Shown piece after piece: positions 27,528 through 37,267 of a stretch of DNA of 64,000 nucleotides (the first letter of the stretch is position 1; every line of letters begins with the position of its first letter). A model generated the notes under the pieces. The model was not told the origin of the DNA, did not search any database, and worked only from the letters and a program-made list of their open reading frames with translations. The stretch spans positions 71,365-135,364 of the forward strand of contig OZ219867.1 of NCBI GenBank assembly GCA_964291495.2, in the 5' to 3' direction. The stretch comes from Dehalococcoidia bacterium. Its GTDB lineage: Bacteria > Chloroflexota > Dehalococcoidia > UBA2979. Both the position numbers and the translations under genes were made by a program.

Positions 27528-28400
27528 ATGAGCGAGCCGCGACAGCACTTCTTCGAGTCCCAGCGGCTGCGGCTCTGCTACTGGGAGTGGGGCGATCCCG
27601 CCAACCCGCCGCTGCTGCTGCACCACGGTGGCCGCGATACCGCCCGCAGCTGGGACCGCATCGCCGTGGGTTTCGAGGACGCCTACCGCGTGCTCGCCCT
27701 CGACCTGCGCGGCCACGGCGACTCGCAGCCCGAGGTCGGCGGCGAGTACTCGATCCGCCAGAACGTCATCGACCTGCTCGCGCTCGCCGACCTGGCGGGG
27801 CCGCCGGTCTTCCTGCTCGGGCACTCCTACGGTGGGCGCATCGGCTACCTCGCGGCAGGCGCCTTCCCCGAGCGCTTCCGCGCGATCGTCTCCATCGAGG
27901 GGCCGCTGGAGCCGAGCCACGGCGACCCGAAGCCGTTCACACCGGAGCTGCTGCGCTCGATGGTCGAGACACGGCAGGCGCTCGTAGGGCGGAGGCCGCG
28001 CACTTACGCGGACCTGGAGGAGGCGGCGACCCGCATGCGGGAGAACAACCCGCGGCTCTCAGCGGAGCACGCGCTGGACCTCGCGGGCCACGCGGCCGTG
28101 GCCGCCGACGGTGGCTACCAATGGAAGTTCGACAACTGGGCGCGGCCGGGTGTGCGCCGCGACGACGTGAGCGCCGAGGAGATGAAGCGCTTCACCGCCG
28201 CGATCAGCTGTCCGCTGCTGCTGATTGTCGGCGAGGATTCGGGCGGGCGGCGGCGCATGCAGGACCAGATCAGCCTCTTCCCCAACGGCCGTTCGGTCCT
28301 CGTGCCGGACGCCGCGCACTGGGTCCACCACGACCAGCCAGCGACCGTGATCCGCGAAGCGCGCGCCTGGTTCGAGGAGGCAGCAGCGGCCGGCGGCTAG
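27528..28400 (+). CDS. Alpha/beta hydrolase
   Basis: HHGG, DLRGHGDS, GHSYG nucleophile, AAHWVH. Confidence 0.92.
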   Translation: MSEPRQHFFESQRLRLCYWEWGDPANPPLLLHHGGRDTARSWDRIAVGFEDAYRVLALDLRGHGDSQPEVGGEYSIRQNVIDLLALADLAGPPVFLLGHSYGGRIGYLAAGAFPERFRAIVSIEGPLEPSHGDPKPFTPELLRSMVETRQALVGRRPRTYADLEEAATRMRENNPRLSAEHALDLAGHAAVAADGGYQWKFDNWARPGVRRDDVSAEEMKRFTAAISCPLLLIVGEDSGGRRRMQDQISLFPNGRSVLVPDAAHWVHHDQPATVIREARAWFEEAAAAGG

Positions 28401-29587
28401 CGGTCGCTCGGCACTCCGAAGCGCTCGTGGTAGGGCGCGAACATGCGCTTCAGTTCGTCAGCCTCAAGCTCGAAGTCATCCAGCGAGTACTCGAATTTTC
28501 CGTAGCGGCCGGCCGGGTTTGCCTCCGGCCAGGCGCGGATGCGCCGCTCGAACTCGTCGCTGAAAGGCAGGTCGAAGTGCTCGTAAATCCCGCGCACGGC
28601 GGCGACGGGGTCGGCCATCGTTTCCCGGTAGTGGAGGTGCAGCACGGAGTCGTCGTCGATCAGCGGGTTCTCGAGGGCGCCCATGAGCTCCGCGTGGATG
28701 CCCGCCAGCACCTGCGCGCCCAGCGCCGGGCGGTTCACCTTGCCGACGATGCCCTCGTTGATGCGGGAGAGCAGCTCGAACAGCGACGGCAACACGCTGA
28801 GTACGTCGCGGTGCGTCCACACGATCATGGCGTCCGGGTAGATCGCCTTCAACTCGGTCAGGTGGTACTGGTGCTGGGTGCCCTTCAGCGCCCAGCGCAG
28901 TGGTGGACCGCCCCACTGCAGGTGCTGGAGGATCTCGCGATGCCAGCCGTAGTTCGCGATGTAGTCCGTGGACTGCGAACGCGGCGTGACCGGCTCGCCA
29001 TCGCGGCCGACGATCCGCAGCGCGGGGATCTTGAAGAAGCGTTGCGGCGTGGTATTGCGCAGATCGAGCGCGAAGAAGCTCTCGCACTCGGCGAGGGCGA
29101 GGCCGCCTGCGTCGCTGTAGGGGTGCGCCTGCAGCGTGCCAGGTTGCCGCTTGCGGTTCTCCTGGCCGATGAGGGTGGCGCGCTCGACGCGGTCGTCGTT
29201 GGCGGGCGCCAGCGCCGGCGGCGGCGACGGGAAGTGCGTCTCCCATTGCTGCGGCGAGCGGCTGTTTGGATCCTCGGCCAGCAGCGCCTGCAGCATCGAC
29301 GTCCCGGAGCGAGCGAAGCCCGTGACGATCAGCGGGCGCTCGATCTGCTGCTCGGCGATCTCGGGGTGCTCGCGGCGGTCGCGCGCGATGCGCATCCGCT
29401 CGGCGATGGTGTCCGAGATCTGGTCGATCGCGTCGGCGTAGCGATCCTCCGGGAGCTGCTCCTCATGCAGCCGCTCGACGATCAGCGCGAGGCGATCGTA
29501 GAAGGTCTCGTCGTCGATCTGGTTGAGGCCGCTCTTCTCCTCGGCGGCCGCGAGCAGCGTCGCTTCGTCGAGCGCTAGTGAGGTCAT
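28397..29587 (-). CDS. Sulfotransferase family protein
   Basis: 5'-PSB loop TGFARSGTS, WALK, VWTHRD...S 3'-PB motif. Confidence 0.88.
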   Translation of the reverse strand: MTSLALDEATLLAAAEEKSGLNQIDDETFYDRLALIVERLHEEQLPEDRYADAIDQISDTIAERMRIARDRREHPEIAEQQIERPLIVTGFARSGTSMLQALLAEDPNSRSPQQWETHFPSPPPALAPANDDRVERATLIGQENRKRQPGTLQAHPYSDAGGLALAECESFFALDLRNTTPQRFFKIPALRIVGRDGEPVTPRSQSTDYIANYGWHREILQHLQWGGPPLRWALKGTQHQYHLTELKAIYPDAMIVWTHRDVLSVLPSLFELLSRINEGIVGKVNRPALGAQVLAGIHAELMGALENPLIDDDSVLHLHYRETMADPVAAVRGIYEHFDLPFSDEFERRIRAWPEANPAGRYGKFEYSLDDFELEADELKRMFAPYHERFGVPSDR

Positions 29588-29654
29588 CCGTCACCCTTCA
29601 CGCCTTCGTGGTCCCGGCTCATGGTAGCGAAGCGGCTGCAACGGGCTCGTCCGG

Positions 29655-30491
29655 CTACGCGGGCAGTAGCGCCTCCGCGGATGCATCAAGCCGGCGCCGC
29701 TGCGCCTCGGCGTCGCCGCTGTTGAAGGAGATCACGAGCTCGTCGATGCCAAGCGCGGCGTAGACCTCGGCGGATTCGCGCGTCGGAACCGCGTCGATGT
29801 CGACGCGCAGCGAGACGGTGATCTCCTCGCGGCTGCGGCCGACCTTCGCCAGCTCCTCGTCGAGGCGCGGGAGGCGCTCCTCCATCTGCTCGGGATCGAG
29901 CAGGTAGGGGTGCCAGCCATCGCCGCTCCGCGCGACGCGGCGCAGCGCCGGGATGCCGTTGCCGCCGATCAGCAGCGGCGGGTGCGGGCGCTGCAGCGGC
30001 TTGGGCGAGGAGACGGCGTCCTCGAACGCGTAGTGCGCGCCCGCGTACGAGGCGGACCCGTCCGCCCACAGCGCCTTCAGCACGTCGATGCACTCGTCGG
30101 CAACGGCGCCGCGCGTGTGGTAGTCGATGCCCAGCGCCTCGTTCTCCTCCGGCATCGCGCCCACGCCGACGCCGAGGTCGAGGCGACCCCCCGACAGCAC
30201 GTCGATCGTCACGAGCTGCTTGGCGACGGGCATCGGGTGCAGGTAGGGCAGCACCAGCACGCTGGTGCCGAGGCGCACGCGCTCCGTGCGCGTCGCGACG
30301 AAGGAGAGCACCGTGAGCGCGTCCCAGTACGGCTTCAGCCCCAGCCGCTTGCCGACGTAGCCGGCGTTGAGGATGTGGTGCGCGACCCAGACCGAGGTGA
30401 ACCCGGCCTGTTCGGCCCGCGTGGCGAGGTCCAGCAGATCCTCGGGGTCTTCGACGCCCCAGTGGTTGGGCAGCGCAAAGCCGAAACGCAT
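29655..30491 (-). CDS. LLM class (probably F420-dependent) oxidoreductase
   Basis: SVWVAHH, RLGTSVLVLP, IDVLSGGRLDLGVGVG, PKPLQRPHPPLLIGG. Confidence 0.9.
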   Translation of the reverse strand: MRFGFALPNHWGVEDPEDLLDLATRAEQAGFTSVWVAHHILNAGYVGKRLGLKPYWDALTVLSFVATRTERVRLGTSVLVLPYLHPMPVAKQLVTIDVLSGGRLDLGVGVGAMPEENEALGIDYHTRGAVADECIDVLKALWADGSASYAGAHYAFEDAVSSPKPLQRPHPPLLIGGNGIPALRRVARSGDGWHPYLLDPEQMEERLPRLDEELAKVGRSREEITVSLRVDIDAVPTRESAEVYAALGIDELVISFNSGDAEAQRRRLDASAEALLPA

Positions 30492-30518
30492 GGGTGTCCT
30501 CCTCGTCGACTGCCGGGC

Positions 30519-31328
30519 CTACTGCGCGAAGCGGTCGTCGCGCCAGGAGAGGGCGGCCCTGAGCCCCTGCTCGCGCCCGATCCGGGCGAACTCGGCGGCG
30601 GCGTCGGCCTTGTGCGCGATCGCGTCCGTCTCGCGCGCCGCCTCCTGCAGCATCGTGCGGCCCATCAGCTCGATCGCCTTGTTGGTGATTCCCTTGTTCG
30701 CCGCGAGCAGGTCGTGCGGAATCATCGCGATCCGCGAGGCGAGCGCGTGGACCTCGTCCGCGAGCTGGTCCGCGGGGACCGCGCTGAGCACGAGCCCGAT
30801 CCGTTCGGCGGTGGAGCCGTCGATGAAGTCGCCGGTGAGCAGCATCCGCTTCGCCCACTGCGGGCCGACCATGTAGGTCCACATGTGGGTCGGCGGGGCG
30901 CCCTGCGCGCGGACGGGCGGGAAGCCGATCTGCGTGTCATCGGCGGCGACGATCATGTCGCAGTGCATCGCGAGGTCCGTGCCGCCGGCAACGCAGTAGC
31001 CGTGGATCTGCGCGATCACGGGCTTGCTCAGCTCCCAGATCCGCGCGAGCCGCCGGGTCGTCCCGCGCATGTCGTTGATGTCGGTTCGGATCGGCTTCGC
31101 GCCGCCGGGCGTCCGGTCGCTCGGCGTGATGTCGAAGCCGGCACAGAACGCCGGCCCGGCGCCGCGGACCACGATGCAGCCCGCCTCGTCGTCCTGCTCG
31201 GCCGCCTCGAGAGCGTCGATCAGCTCAGTCTGCAACTCGAGGCTGAGCGCGTTGCGCTTCTCGGGCCGGTTGAGCGTGACGTAGCGGACGCGGTCGCGTG
31301 TCTCGGTGAGTATCGTCTGGTAGGTCAT
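30519..31328 (-). CDS. Crotonase/enoyl-CoA hydratase family protein
   Basis: TLNRPEKRNAL, FCAGFD, KPVIAQIHGYCVAGG. Confidence 0.92.
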   Translation of the reverse strand: MTYQTILTETRDRVRYVTLNRPEKRNALSLELQTELIDALEAAEQDDEAGCIVVRGAGPAFCAGFDITPSDRTPGGAKPIRTDINDMRGTTRRLARIWELSKPVIAQIHGYCVAGGTDLAMHCDMIVAADDTQIGFPPVRAQGAPPTHMWTYMVGPQWAKRMLLTGDFIDGSTAERIGLVLSAVPADQLADEVHALASRIAMIPHDLLAANKGITNKAIELMGRTMLQEAARETDAIAHKADAAAEFARIGREQGLRAALSWRDDRFAQ

Positions 31329-31436
31329 TCGGTCCCCCCGTCGTGTGTCGCGATGATACAGGCGAGCGCGGCCGCGCCCCCACCTCTACGAAGCTCGGTG
31401 GCATACTCGCCCACGACAGAATCGAAGGAGGCCGCC

Positions 31437-32282
31437 GTGACATCGACTGCCGAGTCCCACCCCGCCGCGATCATGGACCCCGACTCCCCGCTGCTCGTCG
31501 AGATCCTCGAGGATGGACAGGTCTACCTGATCACGCTCAACCGCCCGGAGCGGCTGAACGCGATCACCTTCGACATGATGCACACCCTGCGGAGGACCAT
31601 GGAGGGGTTCCGCGACGACCGGCGCGGCCGCGTCGCGATCCTCACCGGCGCCGGGCGCGGCTTTTGCTCGGGGCGCGACCTCAAGGAGTCGGCGGAGCGC
31701 TTGCGCGCCATTGAGCGCGGCGAGATTGAGGGCCCGCACATCCCCTCGAACTACAGCATCGACCCGCTCTCCGAGGATCTCGGGCTGTGGAAGCCGATCA
31801 TCGGCGCGATCAACGGCCCGGCCTATGCGGGCGGATTCATGCTCGCGATGCAGTGCGACATCCGCATCATCGCCGAGGACGCCAAGGTCTCCGTCTCCTC
31901 CGCGCGCTTCGGCCGCAAGGGCGCGAGCTGGATGGCCCCACTGGCGCGCCAGATCAGCCTCGGCAACGCCCTCGAGCTCGCGCTCTGGGGCGACACCGAG
32001 TGGACGGCGCAACGAGCCTACGAGGCGGGTTGGGCGCAGCGCGTCGTGCCGCGCGAGGAGCTGATCGCGACGGCCATGGACTACGCGCGGCGCGCCATCG
32101 CCATGGCTCCGCAGTCCGTCCGCAACTTCAAGCAGGCGATCTATCGCGGCTTCTACCTTCAGCCCGAGGCGGCGAAGCAGTTCGGCGTCGCCCTCGACGT
32201 GACTGTCGAGGGCATGCAGGACACGATCGAGGGCGCCAAGGCCTTTTCCGAGAAGCGCCAGCCCCGCTACATCGACGGCTGA
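31437..32282 (+). CDS. Crotonase/enoyl-CoA hydratase family protein
   Basis: TLNRPERLNAI, FCSGRDL, KPIIGAINGPAYAGG; RBS AAGGAGG before GTG 31437. Confidence 0.9.
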   Translation: MTSTAESHPAAIMDPDSPLLVEILEDGQVYLITLNRPERLNAITFDMMHTLRRTMEGFRDDRRGRVAILTGAGRGFCSGRDLKESAERLRAIERGEIEGPHIPSNYSIDPLSEDLGLWKPIIGAINGPAYAGGFMLAMQCDIRIIAEDAKVSVSSARFGRKGASWMAPLARQISLGNALELALWGDTEWTAQRAYEAGWAQRVVPREELIATAMDYARRAIAMAPQSVRNFKQAIYRGFYLQPEAAKQFGVALDVTVEGMQDTIEGAKAFSEKRQPRYIDG

Positions 32283-32286
32283 GCCC

Positions 32287-33057
32287 GTGAGCGCCGACGA
32301 CGCGGTGCTCGTGCGGCGCGACGGCCCCGTCGCGCTGCTCGCCTTCAACCGCCCCGAGCGCCTCAACGCCTGGGGCAGCGACCTCAGCGAGCCAATGCTC
32401 GACGCACTCGAGGCGCTGCGCATCGACGACGAGGTGCGGGCGGTCGTCCTCACCGGCGAGGGGCGAGCCTTCTGCGCGGGCGCGAACCTCAAGCGCCCCG
32501 GGCGCGGCGACAGTCCCACGGACCCCTCGGGGATGCCGACGCGCCCTGCCTGGAAGCGCCGCGACATCGACGAGGCCGGGCATCCGGTCTTCGACGCGCT
32601 GAGCCACTACCCGAAGCCGCTGATCGCCGCCGTCAACGGCTACGCGATCGGGATCGGCTGCCTGATCCCCGTCTGCTGTAGCTTCGCGGTGGCGGACGAG
32701 GCCGCCGTCTTCTCGCTGCCGCAGGTGCGGCTCGACATCCTGCCCGCCTACGGCGGGACGCTGCGCCTCGCGCGCTTCGTTGGGCGAGGGCACGCGCTCA
32801 ACATGGCGATCACCGGCCGCCGCGTCGGCGCGCAAGAGGCGCTGGAGATGGGTCTCGTCGTCGCCGTCCACCCGCCCGAGCAGCTGCGTGAGGAGGCGAT
32901 CGCGCTCGCCCATGACGCCGCGCGCGCGCCCGCCGCCGCCGCGCGCCTCACGCAAGAGTCGCTCGACCTCGGCTACGAGTCGGGCCTCGAGGCGGCCGCG
33001 GAGGCGGACCGGCTGCGCGAGTCCGCGCTGCGCGCCGAGCTGGCGTTCGAGGAGTAG
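32287..33057 (+). CDS. Crotonase/enoyl-CoA hydratase family protein
   Basis: FNRPERLNA, FCAGANL, KPLIAAVNGYAIG. Confidence 0.9.
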   Translation: MSADDAVLVRRDGPVALLAFNRPERLNAWGSDLSEPMLDALEALRIDDEVRAVVLTGEGRAFCAGANLKRPGRGDSPTDPSGMPTRPAWKRRDIDEAGHPVFDALSHYPKPLIAAVNGYAIGIGCLIPVCCSFAVADEAAVFSLPQVRLDILPAYGGTLRLARFVGRGHALNMAITGRRVGAQEALEMGLVVAVHPPEQLREEAIALAHDAARAPAAAARLTQESLDLGYESGLEAAAEADRLRESALRAELAFEE

Positions 33058-33115
33058 TACCCCGCTCACGGGAACCGCACGGCCACTCCCGGCGTCAGGT
33101 AGTCGGGAGGGCCGC

Positions 33116-33901
33116 ATGCTGCAGGTACTGCTCGGACTCGTCTATCGCTTCTACGAGCGCCGCCTTGAGGCGGAAGTGCGGCGCGGGAACATCCCGCGGC
33201 ACGTCGGCGTGCTGCCGGACGGCAACCGCCGCTTCGCCCGCAGCTCGGGCCTCGCGAGGGTCGGCGACGGCCACCGCGAGGGCGCCGACAACGTCGCGCG
33301 GCTGATCGGCTGGTGCGACGAGCTTGGCATCCCCGTCGTCACGCTCTGGGTGCTCTCGACGGAGAACTTCGAGCGCCCCCAGGCCGAGCTCGACGCGATC
33401 TTCGAGATCGTCGAGGAGCGCGTCGAGGCGCTCGCGGAGCAGCAGCGCCGGGCGGCGCTGCCTCGCCGCATCCGCGCCGTCGGCAGCCGCGATCTGCTCC
33501 CGGAGTCGACCGTCGCGGCCATCGAGCGAGTGGAACGCATCACCGCGGGCAACGAGGACGGCGACCTGCTCGTCGCCGTCGGCTACGGCGGCCGCGACGA
33601 GATCGTCGACGCGGTGCGCCGCATGATCGCCGACCGTGTGCGGCGCGGCGACTCCCTCGAGGGCATCGCGGGTGGCCTCGACGCCGAGGAGATCGGTCGC
33701 TATCTCTACGCGCCGGACGTGCCGGACCCGGACCTGGTGATTCGCACGTCGGGGGAGCTGCGGATGTCGGGCTTCATGCTCTGGCAGAGCGCCTACAGCG
33801 AGTACTACTTCTGCGACGCCTTCTGGCCGGCCTTCCGCCGCATCGACTTCCTCCGCGCGATCCGCTCCTACAGCCGCCGCCAGCGCCGCCGCGGGCGGTG
33901 A
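33116..33901 (+). CDS. uppS: cis-prenyltransferase (UppS family isoprenyl transferase)
   Basis: PRHVGVLPDGNRRFA, LSTENFER, YGGRDEI, PDLVIRTSGELRMSGFMLWQSAYSE. Confidence 0.88.
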   Translation: MLQVLLGLVYRFYERRLEAEVRRGNIPRHVGVLPDGNRRFARSSGLARVGDGHREGADNVARLIGWCDELGIPVVTLWVLSTENFERPQAELDAIFEIVEERVEALAEQQRRAALPRRIRAVGSRDLLPESTVAAIERVERITAGNEDGDLLVAVGYGGRDEIVDAVRRMIADRVRRGDSLEGIAGGLDAEEIGRYLYAPDVPDPDLVIRTSGELRMSGFMLWQSAYSEYYFCDAFWPAFRRIDFLRAIRSYSRRQRRRGR

Positions 33902-33954
33902 GGTGTCGCTGCGGAGTACGCGCTGAGGGGGTAGCCGCGCGACAATACGCCGCG

Positions 33955-34883
33955 ATGACCGCCAGCAACCCCGCCCAACGCTCGCTATTCGACTCACCGC
34001 CGACCGAGGCGCCCGATGTGGGCGACGTGGGGGCGCGCGTTGGAAGCGTCGAGGTGGCCGCGAGGCCCGCGCGCGAGATCCTGATGCGGGGGACAGGGTT
34101 CCTCGATGCCTACGACTTCTCGCTGAACCCGTACGCAGGCTGCGCGTTCGGGTGCACCTACTGCTACGCCGCCTTCTTCAGCCGCAGCGTCGAGCAGCGC
34201 GATGCCTGGGGGCGCTGGGTCGAGGTCAAGGAGAACGCCGTCGAGCTGCTGATGCGGCGGCGGATCGGGAGCCTCGACGGCAAGCGCATCTACATGAGCA
34301 GCGTCACCGACCCCTACCAGCCCTCGAGCGCAGGCTCGGACTGACGCGGCGGCTGTTGCAGGTGCTGGCCGACCGCCACCAGCCGAGGCTCGTCGTGCAG
34401 ACGCGCAGCCCCGACGTGGTCCGCGACTGCGACTTGTTCCGGAAGATCGAGGATGGCGGCGGGCGGGTGCGAGTCAACATGACCGTCACCACCGACGACG
34501 AGGACGTGCGCCGCACCTTCGAGCCCTCGTGCCCCTCGAACGCGCAGCGGCTGCGCGCCATCGCCCACGTGCGCGAGGCGGGAATCGACGCCTGCATCAC
34601 GCTGACGCCGCTGCTGCTCGTGAGCGACGCCGAGGCGTTCGCGGACACCCTGCTCGCGACCGGCGTCGAGCGCTTCATCGCGCAGCCGTTCCACTTCGCG
34701 CGCGGCAGGTTCGTCGCATCCACGCGCGAGGGCGCCGTCGCGCTGATGGCGCAGAAGCTCGGCTGCGACGTCGCCTCGTTCCAGCCTCGCTACCTCGCGC
34801 ACTACGAGCGCGTCTTCGAGGTGCTACGGGAGCGGCTGCCGGAGCTGGGCGAGGGCAAGGACGGCTTCGCGCCGCCGTTCTGA
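33955..34883 (+). CDS. Radical SAM protein (SplB-related family), interrupted by a 1-base frameshift at about 34321-34323
   Basis: NPYAGCAFGCTYCYA (CxxxCxxC) and SSVTDPYQP in one frame, continuing LERRLGLTR...QTRS in another frame. Confidence 0.85.
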
Positions 34884-34906
34884 CTGCGCGCGGCCTCGTG
34901 CGAATC

Positions 34907-35368
34907 CTAGGGCGGTGCGAATCGGACCGACTCGGCGATCTGTTCGAAGAGCGCTCTTGTTCTGGCTCGGTCGTCTCCCTGGATCGATTGCCCGCAGACG
35001 TGCGCACTCTGCGTCGGGGGAGTCGCGTGTTCGCCAATTGTCCAGGCCTGTCCCCAGCCCACGCAAATGCGTGAGCCGGTTTCGACGTCTATGAGCCACT
35101 GTATCGATGCGGACCGGCAGACCGTCCTGGTGGATTGCTGAGCAGTGCTGGGCGAAGCGCCGCCATCGCTGCTCGTCTCCTGATCAGCGACCTGTTCCTC
35201 CTTGCAGTACGGAGCTGCAGTGACGGGGGGTCCGAATCTCAGTCTCATTCCCGCGGGGACGTCGATGTAGACGGAGCGCCCGGTTCCGGAAAAGACCTCC
35301 ATTGTTGTCGGGGAGTCAGAGCAGCCCGCGAGGATCGCAACGGCGAGAGCGGCCAGCAGCAGCCGCAT
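34907..35368 (-). CDS. Hypothetical lipoprotein
   Basis: MRLLLAALAVAILAG-C lipobox; four further Cys; visibly AT-richer codon usage. Confidence 0.65.
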   Translation of the reverse strand: MRLLLAALAVAILAGCSDSPTTMEVFSGTGRSVYIDVPAGMRLRFGPPVTAAPYCKEEQVADQETSSDGGASPSTAQQSTRTVCRSASIQWLIDVETGSRICVGWGQAWTIGEHATPPTQSAHVCGQSIQGDDRARTRALFEQIAESVRFAPP

Positions 35369-35383
35369 CGAAGCCATCGCGGG

Positions 35384-36154
35384 CTACGCGGTCCGCGGCG
35401 GGGCGTGCGTGCTGGTGCCGCCGTCGTCGACGACGAGCGTGTGGCCCGTCACCCACGTCGAGAGGTCCGAGGCGAGGTAGACGACCGCGGCGGCGACGTT
35501 CTCGATGTACTCGGCGCTGCCGCCGCCCAGCAGCTGGCCGCGGCCGGGCCCGTCGCCGGCGAGGCGGCGGCGGCCGCCGGGCGCGATCGCGTTGACGCGG
35601 ATCTCGTGCTCCGCCCACTCGGCAGCCAGCGACCGCGTGAGCCCGAGGATGCCCGCCTTCGCCGCGCCGTAGTGCGCCCCGTACAGCGCCCCGTCGATCG
35701 CGTTCATCGAGGAGACGGTGACGATGCTGCCGCCGTGCCCGCCGTCGATCATCGCCTTCGCCGCCGCGCTCGCGCAGAGCCAGGCGCCCGTGAGATTGAG
35801 GTCCAGCACCGCCTCGAAACCGTTACGCGAGATGTCGAGCGCGGGCGCCATGAACATGCCGCCGGCGTTCGCGACCATCACGTCGATCCGCCCGAAGCGC
35901 TCGATCGTGCCGGCCACGAGCGCGTCGATCGAGGCGGTGTCGCGCACGTTCGTGCGCAGCCACAGCGCCTCGTGCCCGGCCTCGTGCAGCTCGCGCTCCA
36001 TCGCCGGGCCGGTCTCCTCGTCGATCTCCGCGACGACCACGGCGGCGCCGGCGTCGGCCAGACCGAGGGCCATGCCGCGCCCGAGGTTGCGCCCGCCGCC
36101 GGTGACGACGGCGACGCGCCCGCTCATCTCCAGCCGGTCGTGAATGAAGCCCAC
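35384..36154 (-). CDS. Short-chain dehydrogenase/reductase
   Basis: TGGGRNLG, ANAG, YGAAK. Confidence 0.93.
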   Translation of the reverse strand: MGFIHDRLEMSGRVAVVTGGGRNLGRGMALGLADAGAAVVVAEIDEETGPAMERELHEAGHEALWLRTNVRDTASIDALVAGTIERFGRIDVMVANAGGMFMAPALDISRNGFEAVLDLNLTGAWLCASAAAKAMIDGGHGGSIVTVSSMNAIDGALYGAHYGAAKAGILGLTRSLAAEWAEHEIRVNAIAPGGRRRLAGDGPGRGQLLGGGSAEYIENVAAAVVYLASDLSTWVTGHTLVVDDGGTSTHAPPRTA

Positions 36155-36178
36155 GCGAGTCTCCGGCCTCGCTCCCGC

Positions 36179-36445
36179 CTAGACCTCGCCGGTCTGGGCC
36201 ACGCCTCGCGCGAGCGCCTCCTCGATGGCGCGCACGAGCGCGCGGGCGGACGAGGGGTGGAGCTCGACCGCGATGCGCGAGTCGGGCCCTGCGGCGGCGT
36301 TGACGAAGTCGATGTTGAGCGAATGCTCAACGGCGAGCTGGAAGGGGTGGTCGTAGGTCACGTTCGCGCGGTCGATCGGAATCCAGCCGCTCGCGCCCTT
36401 GCCGCTGCCCTCGATCTGGGCGATCTCGGCGATCATCGTGCACAT
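36179..36445 (-). CDS. Small conserved protein (resembles DUF6295 family)
   Basis: MCTM...GSGKG..GW...DHP...EH.LNIDF.N...G...R.AVEL pattern recognised from memory; RBS AAGGAG. Confidence 0.7.
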   Translation of the reverse strand: MCTMIAEIAQIEGSGKGASGWIPIDRANVTYDHPFQLAVEHSLNIDFVNAAAGPDSRIAVELHPSSARALVRAIEEALARGVAQTGEV

Positions 36446-36467
36446 CTGCCTGCTCCTTCCGAGGCGC

Positions 36468-37226
36468 CTACGAGCTGAGGTGGCGGCCGAAGAAGTCCCA
36501 GATCTTGTCCCAGCCGTCCATCGCCTGGTCTATCCGGTAGGCGGGCCGGTTCCAGTAGAAGAAGCCGTGCCCGGCGCCCTCGTACATGTGGAACTCGTAC
36601 TCCTTGCCGTGCTCCTGCAGCGCCTGCTCGTGCTGCGCGACCTGTTCCGGCGAGGGGCTCTGGTCGTCCGCGCCAAAGAGGCCGAGCAACGGGGCGGCGA
36701 GGTCCGCCGTGTAGTCGATCGGCGCGACCGGGAGCTTCTCGGTCAGCTCGTCCTCGGGCATCACGACGCGCCCGCCCCAGCAGTCGACCGCCGCGTCGAA
36801 CTCGGTCGAGCGCGAGGCCACGAGGACGGTGTGCCGCCCGCCGGAGCAGGTGCCGATCAGGCCGACCTTGCCGTTGGAGGTCGGCAGCCCGCGCAGGACG
36901 CGGGCGCTGGCGACCACGTCGCCGACGACCTGCTCGTCGGCCACGCCGCCGTCGGCGCGCACCATCGCGGCGACGTCCTCGGGAGTGCCGTGGCCCTCGC
37001 GGTGGTAGAGGTTGGGCGAGATCGCGGCGTAGCCGTGGTGCGCGAAGCGGCGCGTGGTCTCACGGTAGAACTCGTCCCAGCCGGGCAGGTGGTGGATCAG
37101 CACCACGCCGGGGAACGGCCCCTCGCCCAGCGGACGCGCGAAGTAGGCGCCGATCGCGTCCCCGTTATGCCCCGTGACCGTGACAGTCTCCGCCAGCATC
37201 CCCTCGTACATGTCCGTGCGGTACAT
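36468..37226 (-). CDS. Dienelactone hydrolase family protein
   Basis: GTCSGG nucleophile, FGADD, GAGHGF. Confidence 0.93.
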   Translation of the reverse strand: MYRTDMYEGMLAETVTVTGHNGDAIGAYFARPLGEGPFPGVVLIHHLPGWDEFYRETTRRFAHHGYAAISPNLYHREGHGTPEDVAAMVRADGGVADEQVVGDVVASARVLRGLPTSNGKVGLIGTCSGGRHTVLVASRSTEFDAAVDCWGGRVVMPEDELTEKLPVAPIDYTADLAAPLLGLFGADDQSPSPEQVAQHEQALQEHGKEYEFHMYEGAGHGFFYWNRPAYRIDQAMDGWDKIWDFFGRHLSS

Positions 37227-37267
37227 CGAAACCCCCAGTCCTGTCGCTTCGTTGCTTGGCGCCCGGC

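Noticed and set aside
34310-34345. Programmed ribosomal frameshift in the radical SAM gene
   Set aside because: No heptameric slippery site seen; a single-base deletion is the simpler explanation
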